A DNA stretch of 64,000 nt. Origin: Isurus oxyrinchus. Taxonomy: Eukaryota. Position 1 is the first letter of the stretch. The number at the start of each line of letters is the position of its first letter. Positions 12,253 through 22,439 of the stretch are shown here, piece after piece. The stretch lies in assembly GCA_026770705.1 (NCBI GenBank), contig JANJGN010000008.1, forward strand, positions 18,724,001 through 18,788,000, in the 5' to 3' direction. The position numbers were made by a program, and so were the translations under genes. The notes below the pieces were generated by a model that ran no database searches, had not been told where the DNA came from, and saw nothing but the letters and a program-made list of their open reading frames with translations.

Positions 12253-12918
12253 GAAATGCAAATTATGTTTACTTTTTGCATGAGGGAGATGATATTTCAT
12301 TAAAAGGATCAGACAATCCTGGATAAAAATAAAAAAAACTGCGGATGCTAGAAATCCAAAACAAAAACAGAAACAGAAATACCTGGAAAAACTCAGCAGG
12401 TCTGGCATCATCGGCGAAGAAGACCACAGTTGACGTTTCGAGTCCTCATGACCCTTCAACAGAACTAAGTAAAAATCGGTGACTAAGTAAAAATTGTCAC
12501 CCCTCCCCTTTAAAGCAACTTATATTTCACCCCTTTCCTATTTTTACTTAGTTCTGTTGAGGGGTCATGAGGACTCGAAACGTCAACTTTGCTCTTCTCC
12601 GCCGATGCTGCCAGACCTGCTGAGTTTTTCCAGGTATTTCTGTTTCAGACAATCCTGGAGATGGTCCTGTTGCCTGGAAATGGATACCACACTCAGGGCT
12701 AGAAATCCAACCGCTGGTTACTTTATACAAAACGTGACTGGGCTGGAGGCTTGCAGAATGCAGTGAATTCTTAGAGACAGCAATTTGTTTAATAAATTTA
12801 ATAGATTGGTACCAATCTGAAAATTAGAAATCCCACATTTAAACTGGCAGGATTCATTCATCTTGATTCAAACCCAGCCTCAAAATCCTCAAATGGTATG
12901 AAATATTTGGGATCAAAG
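12253..12918 (+). pseudogene. Ig domain 1 exon (V-like, lacking the canonical B-strand Cys), disrupted
   Basis: Acceptor TTTCTAACAG|. With the insertion removed it reads GNANYVYFLHEGDDISLKGSDNPGDGPVAWKWIPHSGLEIQPLVTLYKT*, then NLKIRNPTFKLAG in another frame, then KWYEIFGIK+G|GTGAGT. AWKWIPH parallels D3 AWSWKPRH. Confidence 0.75.
12324..12644. mobile_element. Inverted Penelope-terminus insertion in the D1 exon with a 15-bp TSD
   Basis: TCAGACAATCCTGGA at 12309-12323 and 12645-12659; internal inverted copies of the 2590-2730 repeat family. Confidence 0.9.
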
Positions 12919-13169
12919 GTGAGTGGAAACAACGTCCAGCAATAAAATAGTTCTCTGTAAAAAATTTAATTGTAATCAGGAGACTGTGAGGAGTAAGTGA
13001 AGATTATATCTCCTAGTGCAGAGTATATCTCTTATTAAAACAATCAGAGGTAAGAGGGTGTGTTGGAAACATGTTTCCATAGAATAAGTCCTTAAAAATG
13101 TACCAGTTTTAACCTGTTCACAATGTGCATGCTATATTTCAATTAGATCACCCTAAACACACACAGGAA

Positions 13170-13395
13170 ACCAACTGAGGAAAAGAATATTTGAGATCCA
13201 GGATCTCAAACCCGAGACTAAGATCGTGGTTTATCAGGCAGCAGTGATGCCCTTGTTTCTATATGCTTCAAGGACTTGGGCAACCTACAGCAGACACCTC
13301 AAAGTACGGGAGAAGCATCACCATCAATGCCTTGTCAAGATCCTCCAAATCCATTGGCAAGAAAGGTGGTCCAACAGCTGTGTCCTCTCCCAAGC
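13170..13395 (+). mobile_element. RTE-clade LINE fragment
   Basis: TKIVVYQAAVMPLFLYASRTW...HHQCLVKILQIHWQER. Confidence 0.8.
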
Positions 13396-13587
13396 CAGCA
13401 ATAAAATGGTTCTCTGTAAATTTCATTGTAATAATGAGACTGAGAGGATCAAGTGAAGTTTATATCACCCAGTGTTCACTATTTCTCTTGAAACGTTCAA
13501 CACGAGTAAAGCATATTGATAATTTTACCAGATTCTAGTAAACTGAGTGTTATGTTGTTATTTGTTTGTAAATAAATAGGAACTAAT

Positions 13588-14290
13588 TGTTGTGGGAATG
13601 TACACCCGGGGTGACACATTATACTGCTGCACTGCAGTCATGTGCTGAGCGATAATGCATCAGTCCATCAGCCACATGGAGAGGTGAAAGAAATATGCCA
13701 GAGGAAGCTCCAGTGTTTAGAGTCTAAATTGTGATTATTTTTACTTATGGGAATCAGAAGACCTAACATGGTGGAAGCGGGTTTTCTGTGAGTAAAAACC
13801 CAAGCATTTTAAATGAATTTAATTCACTGAAAAATCAACTCGAATTACGGCCAGAGAGTGACAGGGGAGAATTTTCTCCCCAGTGGGCAGGAGCAGGCGC
13901 ACAAAATTGATGCAGCTGCAGCAATGTACATAAAACTCCAACCCAGGGTGAATTGAAAGGCTAATGATGTCGTACAACATTTGAGAAGATTAAACAAAAG
14001 TGCGAATTGACATTCAGCAACTTTCTAAAAAGATAGTGAAGAGGAAAGGGTCATGACCAGCCACATTCTTTTGTGGAGAGGAGGGAAAGGGTTAAATTCA
14101 TTTAAAAGCTGTGGGCTGAGTGAAGATAACAGTAGAAACCCGGACAAACTTTTTGCAAAGTTCAGTCCACATCTCTAGCCAGCCAAAGTCAAATCATCAG
14201 AACCACCGATGTGAATTTCAAGGACTGAGGCAGGAATCAGGTGAGCCTGTTGATGAGGCTGTAATGAGGTCTAGAGTCCAGTGTTCCTGG
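13588..14290 (+). mobile_element. Old Gypsy LTR/gag remnant
   Basis: TGTTGTGGG start, PBS-like TGGTGGAAGCG at ~13769, gag-like HRCEFQGLRQESGEPVDEAVMR. Confidence 0.5.
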
Positions 14291-14930
14291 TGGAAACCGT
14301 ACCAAGCATCAGGCAGCAGGTTATAGCTGAGTAAGTGTGGCTTGATAGCACTGCTGACGACACCTTCTTTGCTAATAATTGAGAGCTGGGTGATGGGATG
14401 GTAGATAGCTGGATTGGATTTGTTGTGCTTTTAATGGAGATGAGTTACCTGGGCAGCTTTCCAAATTTTGGGGTACATGCCAGGTTTGAGGCAGCACTGG
14501 AACAGCCTGACTAGAGGCATAGCTAGTTCAAGAGCACAAGTCTTCAGCACTAAAGTTGGGATTTTTTCCAGAGTACATAGTTTCTGCTGTATCCAGTGCC
14601 TTCAGCTGTTTCTGGAAACACATGGAGTAAAATGAATGGTGTGAAGACTAGCATCTGTGATGGTGGGGACCTCAGGAGGAGGCCGAGGTGGATGATCCAC
14701 TCAGCACTTCTGGCTGTAGATGGATGTAAATGCTTCAGCCTTGTGTTTTACTCTGACATCCTGAGAGTCACCATCATTGAAGGTAGGGATGTTGGCTGAG
14801 CCTCCTCCACCTCCTGGTAGCTGTTTAATTATCCATAACCATTCATGTCTGGATGTGGCATGAATGCAGAGCTTTGATCTGATCCTTTGTTTGTGGGATC
14901 ATTTATCTCTGTCTACAGCATGTTTCTAAC
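14290..14930 (-). mobile_element. HER1/CR1 ORF2 fragment
   Basis: Colinear with 11010-11600. Confidence 0.75.
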
Positions 14931-15099
14931 TGAAAGTCTAGGTGGTGATTTTGGACAAATCTTTCCTGAAATACCATTCCTAATGGATGCTCAATGATTG
15001 GATCCCTGTGCTGAAGTATTTTGGGAGCTCACTAATTTCAATGAATTCTGGGGCTGTTATGAGTTCTGATGTGGGTTTTATGCACAGGCTTCAAGCGCC

Positions 15100-15817
15100 T
15101 CCTCCTCCTCCTTCTTCTTCTTCTTAGGCAGCCCCTCAGGATCGAGGATGACTTGCTTCCGCTCTGGTTTGATGGGCTCTGAGTTGGCTGCTAAGTCCAA
15201 TGTGTGTTCTGCAGACTCTGCCACATGTTGGGGAGCCAGTGGTGCTTGGAGAGGTGGGTAGAGGAGGTGCTGGCAGTGTTGTGCTCTCTGTCCGACATCT
15301 CAAGTTCACCCCTTCGTGTTCCTGATGAAGTTTCTCCATGTGTTCAGTGCCCTCCCCAATAAACCTTCTCCATTTTGATCAGCCACATGCCGGGGACTCC
15401 CATGAGTCTGCGGGGAGGTTTGATCTCTTCAGGGATCTTTGAGCACATCAGTAAAAGATTTCCGCTGTCCTCCTAGGAATCTTCTGCCACGACTAATTTC
15501 TGAGTAGAGCAGTTGCTTTGGAGGCCTGTTCTCAGGCATATGAACGATATGTCCTGCCCAGGGGAGCTGGCATTCAGTGGTTAGTGCCTCAATGCTGGGC
15601 AGGTTGACTTGGGAGAGGATGCTGCTGTTGGACTATCTTTTTTTCCATTGGATTTGGAGGATCTTGTGAAAGCATCGCTAGTGGTACTGTTCCAATGCTT
15701 TGAGGTGTCTGCTCTAGGCTGTCCAAGTCTCTAAAACATATAGGAACACAGGGATCTCTGCTGCCCAGTAAACCATGAGCTTAGTCTCGGGTTTGAGGTC
15801 CTGGTTCTCAAATGCTC
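15100..15817 (-). mobile_element. RTE-clade LINE 3' end
   Basis: CGRVCRTHIGLSSQLRAH C-terminus, (GAA)n/(GAG)n tail, LKPETKLMVYWAA; runs into the N-gap. Confidence 0.85.
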
Positions 15818-16041
15818 NNNNNNNNNNNNNNNNNNNNNNNNNNNNNNNNNNNNNNNNNNNNNNNNNNNNNNNNNNNNNNNNNNNNNNNNNNNNNNNNNNN
15901 NNNNNNNNNNNNNNNNNNNNNNNNNNNNNNNNNNNNNNNNNNNNNNNNNNNNNNNNNNNNNNNNNNNNNNNNNNNNNNNNNNNNNNNNNNNNNNNNNNNN
16001 NNNNNNNNNNNNNNNNNNNNNNNNNNNNNNNNNNNNNNNNN
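15818..16041. other. Assembly gap
   Basis: Run of N. Confidence 1.
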
Positions 16042-16464
16042 TTGAAATGTTCTGTGCTCTGTGTACATTGAGAATAAATTAAAAATAGGATTTTTTCCCC
16101 ATGATTTATACTGTGACAATATTTTTCAACCACGCCCTCTTCTGGTGAGGGTCCATGACATATCCATTGTGGTGTGAGTTTCCCCAGATACCATCCAAAC
16201 ACTGAAACTTTGATCTGACTTCAGGTTTTCCAGCAGGTTCAGAGGTCAAGGTCAGCAGTTTTGCTCTGCCTCACTTACACTGATGGAGCAGAACCGAGAG
16301 TCCATGTTATTCTACTGTTCAAATGCACGTGTCAGTCATCTGGTCTAACTCTTCAATGCAGCAAGGAACAAGTGCTGATAATCGGTAGAGGCACAGTTGG
16401 AACATAATCATGGGATTTTACCTGCCACTATTGACAATAAATCTAATTGATCTGTTTTTCACAG

Positions 16465-16734
16465 TTGAGACAAGTCCACAGTGGTCTGTGGTGGGCAATG
16501 ATGTTACTCTCAGCTGCACAATCTCCAAACTCTCAGATACAGTCAGTCTTCACTGGAAACAGAGAGACTCATCTCAGCAGAACAAGAGGAAAACTGATCA
16601 GGTCCAACTAAATGACACAGTCTATCTGATAGTCAAACATGTTGCAGTAGAGGATGGGAAATTTTATGAGTGTGAAGTGAAGGAAAATGGATTCATCATT
16701 CTCACAGGAAAGGCACGTTTTTCAGTGGATAAAA
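16465..16734 (+). pseudogene. Ig domain 2 exon (C2-type), open frame
   Basis: TTTTTCACAG| VETSPQWSVVGNDVTLSCTISKLSDTVSLHWKQ...YLIVKHVAVEDGKFYECEVKENG...FSVDK+A|GTAAGC; phase 1/1; C-W-DxGxYxC pattern. Confidence 0.92.
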
Positions 16735-17779
16735 GTAAGCACAGTTTTCAGACAGTTGATATTAAACAGCTACTAATATATATTTTTATTCATTCAAGGG
16801 ATGTGGGTGTCACTGGCTAGGCCAGTATTTATTGTCCACTCCTAATTGCTCTTGAGAAGGTGGGGGTAAGCTGCCAATATCAAATGGTTATTTATAATGC
16901 GATGAAAGTATAAGAATTATCATAGTATTTTTCGGGTTTATTATGAAGTAGATTCATGGGAGTAAGTATAGTTGGGTGTGTGTGATTTAATTACATTTGG
17001 AGTCAAATAGACTAAGTTTGAAATCATCAAAAGAAGCTAGGTGCTTGACATGCTCATGAGTAAACATGGATGCTGGCTTAGCATGTAAGATGTGAAGGGA
17101 ATTTGCATTTTTTTAGATGAATGAAGAGATTTGGATATCAAAGGGATCTTAGTCTGTTTACAACTTGCCAGATAAGCAAGGCTAAGGGAAGGTATTTATT
17201 TTTCCCAAACGGTTCTCACAACGTATTTATTGGCAACATGAAATTTTTTTATTATGAGGAAGATTCCGTTTCAAAGACAAAGGAAACAATAGAATTTACA
17301 TATTAAAAAGAGAGAAACATGTATGAAGGAGAATGAAAGGCTGTGTGTCAAAAGGCCATGTAGAATCTAACAGGAGTGTGTGAAATAGCCTTAATGAAGT
17401 GTCCAGCATTTGTGCATAAGGCTGCTATATAATGAAACTAAAGTTTGGGAAATGTCATTTGGAATTCTACTGTCCAATGTATTGTGTTAACTTGCTGAGT
17501 TTGTTTTAAATCTAAAATATATTTTGAGCAATTGCTTTAAAGGGGGTATAATTGGGAGTCAGGTTAATTAAGAATTTTAGGAGCTATTAAAAGAGTAAGT
17601 AATTTTAGTTTTATGTATGTGTTTGAAATCTTTTATATTTTGATAACAAATATGTTATTTTTATTAGGATTAACATACTATGATTAAAACTAAAATGTTT
17701 TCAGAAACAGCATTTTGAAGAAAGAAAAAAAAAATCCTCCACAAAGTGGAAATCAGGATTGTTGCAAATTTTCAGGGAG

Positions 17780-19340
17780 GTGACTGTAAAGCTGGACAAA
17801 GTTCAGCAAGAGGTGGAGGGGTTCAGGGAGGGAGTCCCATAGGTTTAGGCTGTTTTACCACCAATGGTGGAATAGAGGGAGGGAACAGAGAGATGACGAC
17901 AGGGAATGTGAAAGGAGATCATCCTGTAGGAAATTCTAGAGGTACATTGGGGTGAGGCGGTGGAGAGATTTGTCAACAATGATGAGGATTTTAGATTTGA
18001 TGTGTTGATGGACAGGGAACCAGTTTTTGTCAGTGAGGATGGGAGAGGAGGATTTAGTGTGGAATAGAATGTAGACAGATCTTTTGACCACATGAAATAG
18101 CAAGCCATCTTTCTGGGATGTAAAACTTGCTGCCAATTTATCATTACCCATTTACACCATCACATAACACCAAATTATGCTCATAGTTCTTTAAGAAAAG
18201 ATCGCAATTGCTTCCTGGGCAATAATTAAAACATTTCAATCTTGTCAGCTGCCATGTTGTTTTTCAGCAGCAATTAAAGCATTTCTAGGCACACTGACAG
18301 AACTGAAGGCTTTAACAGAAACAATGAAAAAGAAATAAGATTGTGCACTTCTTGCACAGGAATAATGTTTGTGCAAAAATATTATATATCAGAGGAGATA
18401 AATGTTCGGTGTAAAAGGAAAAAACCCACAGGTTGCCTCCAACTCAAACCACAGTAACCTTGCTTGGTGGGTTATGTTAATATGGCCCAGGACCATGGAG
18501 CTGACATGGCCATTGTGGTCAGGTGAGTACTGGAGTCAGGTAGTTTGTCTTTGAATAATTGTTCCAGGTAATAACAACAATGTAACTTATAATTATATTG
18601 TGCCTTTGGCATAATAAAATGTCAGGAATGTTATGAAACAAGATTTGATGCCGTGCCATTCACAATGATATTAAGGCCGTAAGCTTGGTCCAAAGAGGTG
18701 GGTTTTAAGAGGCAGCTTAAAGAAGGAAGGAGAGGTAGAGAGGCCAAGAAGTTGAGGTACAAATTCCAGGACTGAGGGCCTAGTTGGCTGAAGGGACAGC
18801 ACCAATAATGGAGCAATTAAAATCAAGGGGCCAGAATTAGATGAGTGCAGATATTTTTCAGGATTGTGTGGCTAGAGCAGATTACAAAGATAGGGAGCAG
18901 CCAGACTATGGAGGGATTTGAAAACAGGGATGAGAATTTGATAACTGAGGCATTGCTTGACTGGGAGCCAATGTAGGTCAGTGAGCACAGGAATGATGGT
19001 TGAATAGGACTTGGTATGAGTAAGAACACAGGCAGTGGAGTTTTTAATGACCTCAGCTGTATGGAGGATGGACTGTGTGAGACCAGCTAGGAGTGTGTTG
19101 GAATAGCCAAGTCTAGAGGGAACAAAAGCCTGGATAGGGTTCAGCAGCAGAGGAGCTGAGGCAGGGCTGAAGTCGGGTAATGTTACAGTGGTGGAAATTG
19201 GCAGTCTTAGTCGTTGCACAACCACATGGTCGGAGCTCACCTAATGGTCAAATATGACACCAAACAGGGAACAATCTGCCTCAGCCTCACACAGTTGCTC
19301 GGGAGAGGGATGGAGTTGGTAACTACGGAATGGAGTTTTA
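17780..19340 (-). mobile_element. L2 LINE fragments (~17780-18090 internal; ~18570-19340 3' end)
   Basis: ORF 18872-19240: IQAFVPSRLGYSNTLLAGL...IIPVLTDLHWLPV...FKSLHSLAAPYL. Confidence 0.8.
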
Positions 19341-19967
19341 GTGGAGGAAAAAATAGCTTTGATTTTCTCAGTGCTTTAGGGGAACAACTTTATGCTCATC
19401 CAGACTGGATGTCATTTGAGCAGAATATGTACACTGGTTGTGCTGGTACTTACAATGGTTTTAATAATATCAAAGAGAGAGTTGAGAGTTCAGTTGATCA
19501 AATCAGTTGCTGAAGAAAGATTGTGGTGAACAGAGGGACAAAGGTTAGAAGGTTAGGATTTTGAAAGGACCATATTGGACATGAAAGGAATGCCTGAAGG
19601 AAACCATCCTTGGACCTATGTGAAATTCAACATTTAGAGAAAAGTAAAATTCAACATGTCCTGCAGCTGCCACCAGCACCACTCAATATTGCTGACCAAA
19701 ATTCAGAATATTGGGCCTGTGATGGCTTCATATTAAAAATCAAAAAGATTTAATTTTTAGAATTTCCTGTTGCCTTATGGGTATTATATTCACCCAAGTT
19801 TATAATGTTTAAACAGTTCATATCTTTGACAAAATCATGATCAAATGATATTATGATGATCTGAACTTTGATGATCATCTAATTGTGGCAGCAAATTACT
19901 TTTAATTTTCTCTGTATCTCAACAACAATAAAATTCTAACACAATGTTCTCTGTCGCTCTATTACAG

Positions 19968-20317
19968 AGTTATATGGTGAGAGTTACATTCTTTATCGAT
20001 CAGGCACAGCTCACAGTGAACTCTATCTGATTTGCTATGCTTATTACAATAGGATTTTTCACATTTACTCCATTGCTGCATGGAGCTGGAAGCCACGTCA
20101 TCCTCCAAATCAGGAGAAAGAAATAGCATCTGCATCGAAACATCAGCCCATCAATGTAAACAGGACTGACTTTGGGAATCGTCTTGTCCCCAGACAAGTT
20201 TTAATGGTGTGAATTTCAGCGTGAGGATTGTCCCCGTGCTGTTTGAAGATGCTGGAGTTTACACATGTTCTCTGGATAGAAAAACATGGGTGACCATTAC
20301 ACTAATCACAGTTAAAG
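19968..20317 (+). pseudogene. Ig domain 3 exon (V-type), one frameshift
   Basis: ATTACAG| KLYGESYILYRSGTAHSELYLICYAYYNRIFHIYSIAAWSWKPRH...TDFGNRLVP, frameshift at ~20190, then SFNGVNFSVRIVPVLFEDAGVYTCSLDRKTWVTITLITVK+G|GTAGG. Confidence 0.9.
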
Positions 20318-20395
20318 GTAGGAGACAGAATGTTGCTGCTGTTTTCAATGATCAAGTCAATGTTTAAAATCTAAATGATTTTCTTGTTTACACTG

Positions 20396-20660
20396 TGACA
20401 ACTGAACCATCTGATGCAGTGACTGAGGGAGACAACCTTACCCTGAACTGCTCCGTCTCTGATGTCACTGAAACAATGAGACTTGTTTGGATCAATAGTG
20501 ATGGCAAAACTGTTGTAGAGAAAACATTGAAGGAAGAGAAACAGGAACAGGGTTATTCTGATTATTCAGAATGCCGACCGAGACAGAAGGAACTGGACAT
20601 GTGTTTTGTTTCATCAAAACACACCCAAAGTTTTAATTCCATATTATCTGAAGGTTAACA
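20396..20660 (+). pseudogene. Ig domain 4 exon (C2-type, WxC motif), broken acceptor and a frameshift
   Basis: Acceptor reads TG at 20394-95. VTTEPSDAVTEGDNLTLNCSVSDVTETMRLVWINSDGKTVVEKTL, frameshift at ~20551, then VILIIQNADRDRRNWTCVLFHQNTPKVLIPYYLKVN+A|GTAAGA. Confidence 0.9.
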
Positions 20661-21638
20661 GTAAGAGCCTCAGATTATAAACTTTGCAACCCTAATCCCA
20701 AGTTTTTAACTCCTTATTGAAGGTTAACAGTCAGTCTTTCAGATTTGTTCTTTGTAACCTCCATCGCAAGTTCTTGTCACTTACCGGTCTGTTATAACTT
20801 TTCACTTTCATGTGTTTTTGCATTCCACATTGTTAAGATTAGACCATAGGTGTTGCATTGAAGGATCAGCTGGTTGACCCAAGGACGTTCCTTCATCCCT
20901 TGTCTGTATTTAATCCGATAATAACAAGGTTGCATCCATGGAGGTTCTGCCAGGACATGAAAAGTGAAAGTATATCTCCGGGTTTCCACCTTGAGGTGAG
21001 AATTGGGACTTGGTTCATTTCCTGGACATCGCTATCCTGCCTCCTGAGTAGCCATGTCCTCCCACTGTACATTCCCCTGTCAGAGTCAGGGGCAGGTTGG
21101 AGTCGGGATCATGGCCTCCCGAAGCAGATGATTGCCGAAGCAGCCAAGCAGCTTCTGTTCAATGGGACATTGACCCAGCTCTGTAAATGAGGTTGAGCCC
21201 TTCTAATCTTCACCCCCTCTACCACTGCAACCATCCCTCATTCCCAATGCCCCATATTGCCACCATATTTCCTCATCATCCCTATACCCCTCCATATACC
21301 CATCCATATCCCCTATGCCAACCCTCACCTCATGCACACTCAGCCACACACCTCACACCTTCATCTCTCCCATGCCAAATTACTCACACCCTCACCCTTT
21401 CACCACATCATGCACACTCACCCACCTCCCTCATCCATTTACCCCCATGTTCCTCATCCACCCTTTACTTCCACATGACCACCCACCCAGTATCCACTAT
21501 ATACTGAACTCTTGAGCTCTTTAATAATATTGGGAAGTCTTTGCAATGTTCATGAAAGTGCCATGATAAACATTTAAGAAACTACTTTTAAAAACCCTCT
21601 GAAGTGGTCATAAAACTGTTAATATAAGTAAACTCACA

Positions 21639-22191
21639 GGCCTGGATTTTCATCTTTGAGTTGGTGATCGCTCATTGGGCCATTTCCCAAAGTTGCGATC
21701 CCACCACCTGCCGGGCAGAGCCCACCAAGCCCCCCGCCCCCCACATGCTATTTTCATTGTGTTTTGTTAGGGGCCACCACCTCCCAAAGCAGGTTGGAAG
21801 TGGGAGCGGAGGTAGCTGAATGCCAATTTCGAAGGCCTGCCTCTGTTCCCTTAACATCGCCCAGTTTGTTAAATGGGTATAAGGCCCCAGAATCCTCACC
21901 TCCTTCCTCCCTCACCCCCATGCCATCTATGACCCCCATCCCATTCCACTCATGCCCCCCATATCTTCTTCATATCTCCCATGTTCCCCTATATCCCTAC
22001 AACACCCCATGCCCACTTGCCCACCTCCATGCCTCCTAACACCATACGGGTCTGTCTCCGGTGCTCACCTGCTGAACTGAAGAACGGAATGATGCGCAGT
22101 GATGGCGGAACACACGCCAGACGGTACCGCGCATCATCTTATGCGTCGGCGAGCGGGGCTCACCCCCCACGCTGGTCAGAAGATTCAGGCC
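21639..22191. mobile_element. Non-autonomous Harbinger-like element
   Basis: TIR-like GGCCTGGATTTTC ... GAAGATTCAGGCC with a C/A-rich low-complexity interior. Confidence 0.5.
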
Positions 22192-22439
22192 ATGGTCACA
22201 GACAGTAGTGAACCTTGGAAGTAGAGATTACAGGCAACAGTGAGCATCTAACATGGAGGCTATACCTTTAATTCTGCAGCCTTACACATGGTGATGTCAA
22301 TATGCACCTTCTTAAAGGTACATGTCATTGTCTGCATTGGCATGCATACAATGTCAAAACATCCCCCTTTTCCTGCTTGACATGCCAGGTGGGAGAGCAA
22401 TGCAGGTGTGCACTCTGCCCCCCAGCTTCTTGGGCGAGT

